Positions 29,501 through 36,795 of a stretch of DNA of 64,000 nt are shown here, one piece after another (position 1 is the stretch's first letter; the number at the start of each line of letters is the position of its first letter). Below the pieces are notes generated by a model, which was given only the letters and a program-made list of their open reading frames with translations, ran no database searches and was not told where the DNA came from. The stretch lies in assembly GCA_002495675.1 (NCBI GenBank), contig DAGH01000023.1, positions 1,184-65,183 of the forward strand, read 5' to 3'. Origin of the DNA: Euryarchaeota archaeon UBA182 (GTDB lineage Archaea > Thermoplasmatota > Poseidoniia > Poseidoniales > Thalassarchaeaceae). The translations under genes and the position numbers were made by a program.

Positions 29501-29983
29501 ATTGGCAAATACAACGAAACAGGTTTACTGGGAGATGGCTCTACCTTCTCAATAACCCTCGATATCTCCGACCTATACTCAGAGAGTGAGGGAGTACTCT
29601 CAACGGTGTACATTCGGGTAATCGAAGGAGATGGACAAAGATATTCCATAAGCACGAGTGAGGACATTTACCTTCTCAAGCGAAGCAGCGATCCGTGCGT
29701 AAGGGATCCCTCAGCTGCAGGTTGCGATTCAGGCGCTCAGGGCATCGGCCTTGTCATCCCTGTGGTCGGCGGTTTACTCCTGGTTCTCGCAATCGCAGGA
29801 GTGACTCTAGCCATGAGGGGTAGGACAAGAACTTCTGTCACTGACGAGATACAATCCTTCCAAGGAGTACAGGATTTGGATCCCGTAGAGGCATATGTTC
29901 AGCAGATGGTAGGCCAGGGGTATCCCGAAGACTATGCAAGGCAATACGCACAGGACTACTATGCGAACCTCAACAAGAAGTAA
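23528..29983 (+). CDS. Giant (~2150 aa) acidic cell-surface protein with FG-GAP/VCBS repeats, duplicated beta-sandwich domains, PKD/Ig-like domains and C-terminal TM anchor
   Basis: Signal peptide (AITLVAMMVSMTMLSMIPAASA); DxDxDG loops GDLDCDGDNDI, ADIDGDQMPDI, GDIDDDGDDDI, EDTDGDGIVDM, SDVNGDGKMDF; TM IGLVIPVVGGLLLVLAIAGVTL. Start ATG 23528 has a TAAATAAT box ~30 nt upstream. Confidence 0.85.
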   Translation: MRSAGKAKGNENRRVKAITLVAMMVSMTMLSMIPAASASQITQYAVQRDPHYVDTGDLDCDGDNDIVASSSMGFYLTSMFNDGSGGFPDRQDIFIAGGVGDSQRQNIFQTANSQQIQIADIDGDQMPDIVYFQENVRFVGETFVRPANLTVIWGECNKNTHQWDRDIIEIPSHPFSQGMDVGDIDDDGDDDIVLATMTPDGGQTYVEVFKGPDPGPQADQTILVPAPTYGHYSYIELGQWGEDLAQDPITGQTLPGECEDLDLWVLRTPRFNPGAGYSVGNYDNMTVLEFDCVTGLYADPNVGGSAAAAVHDFTLDAEHGYELEIDVEDTDGDGIVDMVAAVDGIEGRISYATRSSVGSNWDTRNYINLGNYKGASITISDVNGDGKMDFFIPTELTLTRLQDSSSRNQTYTTVENLRELNSVEIILSNGQGTGYLSPISFDVGRRPTVAAPAQLKGDDTTAQEIIIGQRDYSYRFGSGAMWMDSLGWPGAGDFLSVLTLDNQDVAIDGLTIAPASTDPSTGDAQLGEGTRFVNVTLMNTGLNPVSGSVDLDLAVKEVVGGVDTLVYSNDFDGNEDTTNCAGCTWAGASYTSDFAPGTSWHAETGSTAATENVSTYEADHNPTNYMWAGLDYNGTAENNSGYFNNMDEAFILEDVDLTGADAAFLDVSILCSVAFTNLFLSEPYVVQERWLYEDSCGIEAFSEGRGWESVWFQGGYDLDRYFNILQLNQDPELEIKNFAIYPQYVTEWTNYTEGGDEDEDANTLDAIDLTPYAGEVIDLRFRFRSGLYGSVGTTDTSYDTGLDGFAFDNITIIKRNTIFGQEQSISQQVSFQPLAAGEEREITLSADFLDNTTYYISAGLTNFNGFIDQDPINDALKFQTTVKNLYDPGLAADPFVDFEPGVRYASAEYPIEIMVQNFGNTITNWTTEAEIFNALPDLTAIEDFSGINPIWSDDGNDNGTRLDDSTTSNQVLPQNQGVFKNYAYWLGDPDVGYGDDWNEPMSVGPVGVGQTDSDYSYVSWDYYAEGDYLVDQYGNIQTVRDQAALFIEWTKQGQSYNGLVQGSWVDLNENGIQRTNPEDPQFHACEDFDNDGNYDEAEYFGDFGDRGYYTWFDSEQIVKSVVLDLTHIVLENRTSDEAFQWRDECTSLEGSEVTLTWRFISNGDGINGNAGLAGFAIDNIRFEEFTFEDDGNYSVEVNGLDSQESQVVNLGTHDFDSGLYRIDVRTIFDNNDPTQKWYNAEEVNPSNNFSKVQFSIDSAEITLLQPNVLDCVGDVTYECVYPISPTSAHTFSLPILNGVIEGVYEVTMSVVDTTTGQMVWQATSDNGPFDLVPHQRDFANWTLGSNAQIGSTGMFNSWESGRAYNLSWNAKLVSDDSENGNKRYFDITFMDDIDVAILSNPTDQNRLQRVKSDLESMGMTYTQFRTSEWEDYVTEDWTGVYHKVLLPWQTDYNAAYGDYYQKLSEVRTSGLSVIDVLDNFMVNGGTLQVHLGPYRNDYVPDNLPFGMDIQERNPANSSIRFDYDDVRVIDRYHPLLGGVDLTALQGVHGGQYVAMSGLDISQVLPNQVPAACGGRISDPLGTFHSLLGSMEYGSQSLLSLCNRGNGGMIVTTMDVENPSFSEPYGGQTMPLLSNMLGYSVTPYPFDFGIAGDTFDLTINGVSPSINTVTKAYNTVYIKSNSELQFSYVSDATDLIADWTLEPGGEDAVTGWNSEIVDPGEFSHVSQSSAEIPTLGSFCVESTLSSTGCFIGAEWLLTLYLHDAEGHTRMTYVRLITNDTLADESDPTASIKLVEDSLTDEYVEDDGTKTVAGTDWDVRRVRLTPTGDITLSFSGAESNDADAPEGESGIQMYSWRVYFDYPVTSQPSLDGHVFDIPATAGGDSFSYTFRNVTSDGTLENQIRLELIVYDKAGKSSSKARMYFVVVGEDFGDEPPVVTFSSPKPNDSQTEDRVTISGTVVSGAENSDVRIQVALADSLILDLSPTPKATQKQIGKYNETGLLGDGSTFSITLDISDLYSESEGVLSTVYIRVIEGDGQRYSISTSEDIYLLKRSSDPCVRDPSAAGCDSGAQGIGLVIPVVGGLLLVLAIAGVTLAMRGRTRTSVTDEIQSFQGVQDLDPVEAYVQQMVGQGYPEDYARQYAQDYYANLNKK

Positions 29984-29988
29984 AGACT

Positions 29989-30972
29989 TCATTTAGGTAT
30001 AAACTCTGTTGACCATTTACGGGAAATACGCTGTCCTCCGGCAACGATTTTTTCGTGTCGCTCAAGCCACGCAGGTGGGCGATAAGTCAACATCTTCTTG
30101 TAAAGCCTGCCTCCCCTGATATCCTCAGAAATGCAAGTCTTACCCGATGCCATCTCTATGTCAAGAGCCCGATCAAGATCGGTGGCATTTCGGTTCATCC
30201 ATCTGAAGAGTGGTTCTGAGGCACGAGTCAGCCCATAGAATGCGATGAGTATGGTCATGAATGTGGCAACCTGTCCCCCTGCACCATAGGAGGAGAGGGA
30301 AGCAGAGGCGACGAAACCTATCATGAAAACGAATGGCGCGATCATAAAAAACAGAAAATACGTTTGGGATATAGGCTTCTGATTTCGAAATTTACTTATC
30401 TTGCCCCATTTTTGATCGTTGGGGTCCTGGGGCCTGAAAATATCAGTTTTATTTTTTTTCATTGCATCATGCAAACTCCTTCGGACATCCTCCAATCTTC
30501 TCTTTTGTGAGGTGGATAGAGATGCCCCTTCGAGTGATAATATTTGATCGGAAACTTGCGACGCCTTATCGTAATCGCCGTATCTGGCCAAAATAGAGGC
30601 TTGTTCTATAAACGGAACAGGAGATTCTGGATTTACCTCCATGTAATTTGACCACCATTCGAGGGCATCTTCCAACATACCAAGGTGATCAACAAGTATC
30701 AAGCCCCCTAATGCCCACGCCTCATCCATTGAAGGATCGCATTCAACCGCCGATCTGAGACACCTAAGAGCATTCGCAGACTGAGAAAGGGTCGGATCAA
30801 TTGGCTTACCGCGGCTCCTAGGGGGTAGATTGAGGTCTGCTGCCTCGACCCAGAGCAGAGCGTTATCGGAGTCTACTTCGAGTGCGTCTTCAATCATCCT
30901 GAGAGAATCCTCTCTAGACTCGTTGTTCCTGACTTCGGAAATCCATTCCGAGTTATGCTCTTTGTCAGCCAT
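29989..30972 (-). CDS. Tetratricopeptide-repeat protein with two C-terminal TM helices
   Basis: TPR-like segments ALEVDSDNALLW, AVECDPSMDEAW, MEVNPESPVPF; hydrophobic pair YFLFFMIAPFVFMIGFVAS / VATFMTILIAFYGL. Confidence 0.7.
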   Translation of the reverse strand: MADKEHNSEWISEVRNNESREDSLRMIEDALEVDSDNALLWVEAADLNLPPRSRGKPIDPTLSQSANALRCLRSAVECDPSMDEAWALGGLILVDHLGMLEDALEWWSNYMEVNPESPVPFIEQASILARYGDYDKASQVSDQILSLEGASLSTSQKRRLEDVRRSLHDAMKKNKTDIFRPQDPNDQKWGKISKFRNQKPISQTYFLFFMIAPFVFMIGFVASASLSSYGAGGQVATFMTILIAFYGLTRASEPLFRWMNRNATDLDRALDIEMASGKTCISEDIRGGRLYKKMLTYRPPAWLERHEKIVAGGQRISRKWSTEFIPK

Positions 30973-31007
30973 CGTCCCGCGGAGACAAGCACATACAATG
31001 AATGCTC

Positions 31008-31625
31008 CTATCTCTGAGGTTTCCTACGAGCTCTCTTCTTTCCTCTATCTGACTGATTGTACGAGTTCCTTCGTGTTCTCTTGCCCCCTGGTGATCGCCT
31101 ATTCTTCCTGGGATTGGATCCATGGCCATGTTTCTTGTATCCAGATTCTCTGTCCTTGCTCAATCTATCGGAACCACGCTTCTCGTTTGTTCTCCTGCTT
31201 TCCGGCCGCCTCTCGTTACAATTCGTACATCTGCCTGTTCTGGAATTCAAGGTTCGGCACTTGCCACAAACCCATGTCGGGAGGACTCTGTTCGCTGTTC
31301 CATTTTTTCTGTGACCACCTTTTCTGGCAACCTTGGTAATACGATTTCTCGGGCTTCCCTTGCTCTTATTACCAAATTGCCCCTTTTTTCCTGCAGATCT
31401 AAAAATCTCTACAGGCGCACCCGTCGCTGAGGCAGGATCAATCCTTTCTGAAAGAACGACGTGAATCAATCCGGAATTCACGCTCCCGATAACTGAGTCA
31501 ACACGTCCAATCTTTTGGCCCCCCTCGATCTGTACCGCCCAACCCAAACCAGGAGGGTTCCCCTCAAAATTGACCAGAAGGCCACCGAGATGGGACATTG
31601 AGACTATGCGGCCTCTGACGGTCAT
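31008..31625 (-). CDS. gar1: Gar1/Naf1-like H/ACA RNP protein with zinc finger and basic tail
   Basis: N-terminal ~75 aa (GRIVSMSHLGGLLV...IGRVDSVIGSVNSGLIHV) resembles the archaeal Gar1 barrel; followed by WVCGKCRTLNSRTGRCTNC and an R/K/G-rich tail. Confidence 0.6.
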   Translation of the reverse strand: MTVRGRIVSMSHLGGLLVNFEGNPPGLGWAVQIEGGQKIGRVDSVIGSVNSGLIHVVLSERIDPASATGAPVEIFRSAGKKGQFGNKSKGSPRNRITKVARKGGHRKNGTANRVLPTWVCGKCRTLNSRTGRCTNCNERRPESRRTNEKRGSDRLSKDRESGYKKHGHGSNPRKNRRSPGGKRTRRNSYNQSDRGKKRARRKPQR

Positions 31626-33670
31626 GGTGCCCCTCGGTGACCCCTTCCATACATGAATGCAGCAGCAAGAATCCCTATCGAAGAGTAATAAATTGGGAAG
31701 GGAACAAACCCCACGCTGTCATCATCCCCTCGCTCTGGTATCTCTTCTGAGACATCAGATGTCAATGCTAGGGTCGAGTTGAGGCTACTCTCAGCAATTG
31801 CACACATTCCTGATGCATCACATCCACGAACGGAAACCGTGTGGAGGCCGACGTCAAACAATCTGAAATCTATAGGTCCAACAGACCATGCATTGCCAAA
31901 TGCTTGAACGGTGCCGATATTCACCCCGTCAATATACATTGTAAATGTGACATCCTCCCCATCCGGGTCGCTGAACATTCCATTCATCTCCCATTCTGTC
32001 TCGGTCCATTTAGTCTCAAGGATTGATAAAATTGGGGGGGAACCTATCTTTTGAAGGGCGATTTCACTCCTCTCTGACCGCTCATGGACCCCCTCTCCTG
32101 AATATTTGAACCAGATACTGAGCGGACCTGGGGTTGCGATTCTGGCATCCCCAGAGAACATCAGCTCTGCGACAGAGTCCGAGGAGTTCAACAGGATAGC
32201 ATCGTCATAGAATATTGGACTGTTACCAGACCATTCGATGCCTATGGAAAGACTCACCTGAAGGAACTCCCCGTTTGATGGGTTTTGCGTGTTTATGTCA
32301 CTCAGGATTAAACTCAGGTCTTCTATGACATCTAGTGAATTGGATTGGGTGTTCACCGAGAATCCTTTCATGATAAGAAAATCCCGAACAGATGTAGTTT
32401 GACCGGAGTCATCTTCCGCTGAACATGAAATAATGTTGTAATCGGAGTCATGCCCCATTGTCACTACAATCGCCCTGGAATCAGTGACAAGATTGGTGTT
32501 GGACCCCTCCTCTAGACATGTCAAGTCTAATGATGACACCGCATCTTCATCGGAGAACCAACTTGCGATTTCATTCCATTCCGCGACTAAAACCCTGGTG
32601 GACTCCAAAGTCGATGCCATCGAGCTGTATACCCATACAGTTCCATTGTCTGGTGCAGCCGAGGTCCAGATGGGGCTCTCATCTGTCGGAGGTTGAATAG
32701 TTGTCAGGTCAAAGAATAGGTCTTCTCCGGCGGGCCAGAAAGAACTTGGCCTGTCCGGCATGATTGTGAGTACCATCCCTCCCAGTTCATCATACCCTGC
32801 GGTAGCCACAGAGGATCCGTCACCAATGCAGGAACCTCTGATTGGTGTTGGAGAGCCTCCGTTGAGGAGATCTCTTCCTTCACATTCCTCAAACATAGAG
32901 AGCCGCATCCCCTCGACATATGGTGCGTTAACAGTGTAAGTCGCTCTCGAGATGTTTGAAGTGTTCATAGCTAGGGTCAGGGTCTCGAGCGATTGTATGT
33001 TGTGCAAATCTACGGTGCCACTCAACATTAGTTCTATTCTGCACTCGTCTGGATTATTTGCGTCAGTGTCACAATCCCTGGACTCATCAGGAGCGACAGG
33101 GACCTCGTAGCAATTGGTACTACCGAAGTTGCTGCATGACCGGGCTGACTCGTGCCGTTCTGGGACCATATTCCATTCAGCAATTGAGACGCCATCTTCT
33201 ACCCATGTGGCATTCCTCCAGTCAACTGCCGGACCGCCACGATGATGCTCTCCATCCCTGACTCCGACCCTTGTCATTGTGTATTCCACGCAATCTGCTG
33301 CCACGGATCGAACTGCTTCTCTCTCGTCGGATGAAAGCCATCCATCACCTCCACTCGGAATTAACCCGTCGAGCAGGTCGTCCAAAAATGTCCGGAAGTC
33401 ATCTGCCATGGTTCCGTTTATCCATGCTAATGCCTCTATCTGCGCAGTGCGCCAATTATCTGCCACTGTGACGTTAAAATCAGCCCATGTGTAAGTAAAG
33501 ACATCTTCAAACGAACTCTTGGAACACTGCGCCTCGAGAGAGGTACCTCCTCCAAATTGATTCATTACTATCGACTCATCTCGCAGATTGGAACGATTTT
33601 CAACCTCAGTACCATTTATGCCAACAAGTAGCAGCATCGCGATGATTGCCAGCGTAGGACCCCTGCCCAT
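31622..33670 (-). CDS. Secreted/surface protein with Cys-rich N-terminal half, Ig-like domain and C-terminal anchor
   Basis: Signal peptide TLAIIAMLLLVG; acidic, multiple Cys; SDPDGEDVTF...GLHTVSVRGCDASG Ig-like domain; C-terminal VPFPIYYSSIGILAAAFMYGRGHR. Confidence 0.7.
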   Translation of the reverse strand: MGRGPTLAIIAMLLLVGINGTEVENRSNLRDESIVMNQFGGGTSLEAQCSKSSFEDVFTYTWADFNVTVADNWRTAQIEALAWINGTMADDFRTFLDDLLDGLIPSGGDGWLSSDEREAVRSVAADCVEYTMTRVGVRDGEHHRGGPAVDWRNATWVEDGVSIAEWNMVPERHESARSCSNFGSTNCYEVPVAPDESRDCDTDANNPDECRIELMLSGTVDLHNIQSLETLTLAMNTSNISRATYTVNAPYVEGMRLSMFEECEGRDLLNGGSPTPIRGSCIGDGSSVATAGYDELGGMVLTIMPDRPSSFWPAGEDLFFDLTTIQPPTDESPIWTSAAPDNGTVWVYSSMASTLESTRVLVAEWNEIASWFSDEDAVSSLDLTCLEEGSNTNLVTDSRAIVVTMGHDSDYNIISCSAEDDSGQTTSVRDFLIMKGFSVNTQSNSLDVIEDLSLILSDINTQNPSNGEFLQVSLSIGIEWSGNSPIFYDDAILLNSSDSVAELMFSGDARIATPGPLSIWFKYSGEGVHERSERSEIALQKIGSPPILSILETKWTETEWEMNGMFSDPDGEDVTFTMYIDGVNIGTVQAFGNAWSVGPIDFRLFDVGLHTVSVRGCDASGMCAIAESSLNSTLALTSDVSEEIPERGDDDSVGFVPFPIYYSSIGILAAAFMYGRGHRGAP

Positions 33671-33727
33671 GGTACGGCAAGGAACCCCTCACACTTCACT
33701 CTATGTCTTAACAAACGGAACGCATGG

Positions 33728-34528
33728 ATGTCAATCAGGCACTGGCATGAACCAAACGAGGCCCCATTCCCACCAGATCCAAATAGAGGATTAGGTGGGC
33801 CTAAATTAATGGCAACCATGGGAGCTGGTGATGTAGTAGTCCATTTGGATGGGGTCACCATTGGTTATGACAAAAACAAGCCATTAGCTGAAATCCCATC
33901 CTTGAAAATAAAAAACGGTGAGATTCTAGCAATTGCTGGCCCCTCAGGAATAGGCAAGTCGACACTCGTAAAGACAATCGCCGGCTTGGTTAGGCCACTG
34001 AGTGGCGATATCGAGGTATGTGGTGTAATGGCACCACGCAGGCCTGTAAGAGGGCAGCTAGGATACATACCACAACGATTAGGACTTATCCGCCATGCAA
34101 GCGTCTTCCACAATGTACTGATCGGATCTCGTGCTAAATTCTGCGGGCCGCTTGATTTCCTTGCCTCCAAACAAGCGAAAGATTGGGCCAAAAAAGCGAT
34201 TGAAAAAATGGGCCTGGAACATAAGACCTGGGAGCCCATCAAACGCTTATCCGGAGGGCAACAGAGAAGGGTTGCCACAGCTAGAACACTCGCACAAAGA
34301 CCGAAATTAATACTTGCTGATGAGTTCTTGAGCGAGTTGGATGAGGAAACAATGTCGAAAGTCGCAGACGCAGTTGTGGAGTATTCTCGGCAGGAAGGGG
34401 CTGCGGTAGTATTGATTGAGCACGACATCAGCCGGGCGAGAAGTATAGCTGACAGACTAGTTGTTATGGACGACGGGCGACTAAACCCATTCTTATCGGA
34501 AACAAAAACTTTGGAGGTCAAGTTATGA
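33728..34528 (+). CDS. ABC transporter ATP-binding protein, PhnC-like
   Basis: GPSGIGKST, GYIPQRLGLI, LSGGQQRRVATAR, LILADEF, EHD; overlaps the following PhnE-like gene (ATGA). Confidence 0.85.
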   Translation: MSIRHWHEPNEAPFPPDPNRGLGGPKLMATMGAGDVVVHLDGVTIGYDKNKPLAEIPSLKIKNGEILAIAGPSGIGKSTLVKTIAGLVRPLSGDIEVCGVMAPRRPVRGQLGYIPQRLGLIRHASVFHNVLIGSRAKFCGPLDFLASKQAKDWAKKAIEKMGLEHKTWEPIKRLSGGQQRRVATARTLAQRPKLILADEFLSELDEETMSKVADAVVEYSRQEGAAVVLIEHDISRARSIADRLVVMDDGRLNPFLSETKTLEVKL

Positions 34529-35400
34529 CGGGAATGATTCGTATCAATCCAGTATTCGTGTTGCTTTCGTGTTTTTTCCTTGCCATATATCTGATGATTG
34601 GATCCGTTGAAGACTGGGGGCGACTTTCAAACGGATTGGGGAATTTACGGATCTTCTTTTTCGAGTCGTTGTGGCCTCCGGATTGGAGTATTTTTGAACC
34701 TAGATTGTACCCTGATTGTCATGCACCAGGAGGGTTATCAATAACGTGCTCGACAGCATGGATTGGTATGACAGAAACTCTCAAAATTGCCTTCATATCA
34801 ACGGTTTTCGGGATGGTGATATCACTGCCCCTTTCCTTGTTGGCTGCAAACAACATAAGCACCCCGGGGCTTTCGTTAGCCACGCGGTTTCTACTGGCAT
34901 CATTGAGGAGCTTACCGTCATTGATATGGGCAATATTCTTTGTTGTTCTGATAGGTTTTGGACCAATATCCGGCATCCTTGCAATGACTGTTTACACAGT
35001 AGGTTATCTGGGCAAACTTCAGTATGAGGCAATCGAGGGCATGAGTAGCCTCCCACTGGAAGCCGCTGAAGCTGCCGGCTTGGGCAGAATCGAGAAAGCA
35101 ATCAATATCGTCATTCCAGAATCTGCAAATGATTTGATTTCCCAGGGCATTTTTATGTTCGAATACAACGTTCGTCACGGTTCAATCATAGGCATAGTTG
35201 GAGCAGGAGGAATAGGGTACTACATCGATCTCTATCTCGGGTTCCTGGTCTACGACAAAGTCATTGCATATCTGATACTAGTGTTCGTTGTAGTGTTGGT
35301 AATCGACTCGATATCTGTCTATGTAAGGTCGTTTTTCACAGACGATAGACCTACCAAGAAACCTACTTGGAAATCAGTATTCTTGCCAACTTGGAAATAG
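34525..35400 (+). CDS. phnE: PhnE/PtxC family phosphate/phosphonate ABC transporter permease
   Basis: WPPDW, ETLKIA, LRSLPSLIWAIFFV, GYLGKLQYEAIE, FEYNVR, GIVGAGGIG motifs. Confidence 0.85.
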   Translation: MTGMIRINPVFVLLSCFFLAIYLMIGSVEDWGRLSNGLGNLRIFFFESLWPPDWSIFEPRLYPDCHAPGGLSITCSTAWIGMTETLKIAFISTVFGMVISLPLSLLAANNISTPGLSLATRFLLASLRSLPSLIWAIFFVVLIGFGPISGILAMTVYTVGYLGKLQYEAIEGMSSLPLEAAEAAGLGRIEKAINIVIPESANDLISQGIFMFEYNVRHGSIIGIVGAGGIGYYIDLYLGFLVYDKVIAYLILVFVVVLVIDSISVYVRSFFTDDRPTKKPTWKSVFLPTWK

Positions 35401-35415
35401 ATACGAGGATCTAAG

Positions 35416-36420
35416 TTACAATGACTCGACCATTTTCCTAACGGATTCCTCTGGAGATAACTCCCCATCCAGCAAGTCACACAGGGAACTCAAGAATGGG
35501 GTATTCCATCCATTTCTATCCGCGGTATCGACAAACATCCTCGCAGCGCGGACGCCCTCGGCAACCATGGTCATCTCGTCCAAAGCCTGTTCCAGACTCT
35601 TTCCTTGACCCAATTTCTCTCCCAGAGTCCTATTCCTGCTCCGAGGACTCGTTGATGTGACATACAAATCTCCAATTCCCGCGGGCCCAAAAGCCGTGTC
35701 GGGGCTCGCACCCATCTTGGATAACAAGAATCTACCTTCATTGAAGCCCGCCTGAACCAAGGCTGCTTTCAGGTTGTCACCTCCAATTGAGTCTCTCAAA
35801 CCATCGACTATGCCGCATGCTAGTGCCACAGTGTTCTTGTAAGCACCCCACAACTCTGCTCCTACAGGATCGTCTGCGGATGTCAAGATAAGGGTCTTCG
35901 TGGATAACCTTTGGGCTATTTTCCTCGCCACTGAATCATCATCGCATGCTACTAATGCGCTGGTAACTACTCCTCTTGCCACCTCAGGAGCGATTGTTGG
36001 GCCCGTCAAGACCAGGACAGGATTTGATTTGCCCTTTGATTTCAATTTCTGCTCGATGGCATTAGATATCATACCATCCTCACTTGCCTCTTCAGGTGCC
36101 AGACCCTTTGCGAGATCTAGTATGACATGCGAAGGTCTCAAATCCGGCAATACCATGTCAATTACCTCCAATATCACTCCGCTAGGGAGTGCGAAGACGA
36201 GGATCTCGGAACTATCCAATATGTCCCCATGTGCCATGGTAGCCTGTAAATTTGGCATCTCCACGCCAGGTAGGTATTTGTGATTAATGGATTCCATCAT
36301 GAGTGACTCGTAAACTTCATTTTCTATGGTCCAACCAATTACCGTGTGACCATCTTCGCTCCAAATCTTCGCCAAGGCAGTGCCCCAGTTTCCCATACCG
36401 AATATCCCAATGCGCGCCAT
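35416..36420 (-). CDS. gpsA: NAD(P)H-dependent sn-glycerol-3-phosphate dehydrogenase (bacterial GpsA type)
   Basis: GMGNWGTALA, NHKYLPG, LAKG, TGPTIAPEV, GAYKN, GDNLKAAL, AGIGDLYVT, SRNRTLG, VAEG. Start ATG 36420. Confidence 0.93.
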   Translation of the reverse strand: MARIGIFGMGNWGTALAKIWSEDGHTVIGWTIENEVYESLMMESINHKYLPGVEMPNLQATMAHGDILDSSEILVFALPSGVILEVIDMVLPDLRPSHVILDLAKGLAPEEASEDGMISNAIEQKLKSKGKSNPVLVLTGPTIAPEVARGVVTSALVACDDDSVARKIAQRLSTKTLILTSADDPVGAELWGAYKNTVALACGIVDGLRDSIGGDNLKAALVQAGFNEGRFLLSKMGASPDTAFGPAGIGDLYVTSTSPRSRNRTLGEKLGQGKSLEQALDEMTMVAEGVRAARMFVDTADRNGWNTPFLSSLCDLLDGELSPEESVRKMVESL

Positions 36421-36643
36421 GAAGCCACCAATAACAGGGCGCAGCACAAATCCGTTATGACCTTGGTGGGGGATTTCAGGATGCCAATGTGGTAATTAGC
36501 AATTGTTAACTCGACCAAATTGATTTGAAGCTCCCATAACTAAACATTGATCCGAACTCTCGGTTGGATGTTGCTAAGACGAATGACAAGGTTACCCACT
36601 CACGGCATTGTAAAATATGGACGATGGCCCCCGTTAATTCCAA

Positions 36644-36728
36644 GCAGGGGTTCCCGAGCGGTCAAAGGGGCTGGGTTTAGGTCCCAGTGCGTAGTGCTTC
36701 GCAGGTTCGAATCCTGTCCCCTGCACCA
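36644..36728 (+). tRNA. tRNA-Leu (anticodon TAG), CCA encoded
   Basis: GCAGGGG...CCCCTGC-A-CCA acceptor stem; anticodon stem CTGGG/CCCAG with loop TTTAGGT; long variable arm; GGTTCGAATCC T-arm; TAAAATAT box ~30 nt upstream. Confidence 0.96.
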
Positions 36729-36795
36729 CACACTTACACCCCATTTTTGAGAAATAAGCCAACGGCTTGATCAAGTACCTCCCGAATCGATAACT

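Noticed and set aside
33865..34521. Long antisense ORFs (also 39213-39836, 47225-47959, 49027-49536, 57763-58521)
   Set aside because: Lie opposite well-supported genes, have Ser/Pro-rich shadow composition and no recognisable motifs.
36547..36750. 67-aa ORF, and a tRNA-Leu-anchored genomic island
   Set aside because: The ORF overlaps tRNA-Leu. No integrase or duplicated tRNA-Leu 3' end was seen, and downstream genes look like ordinary chromosomal genes.
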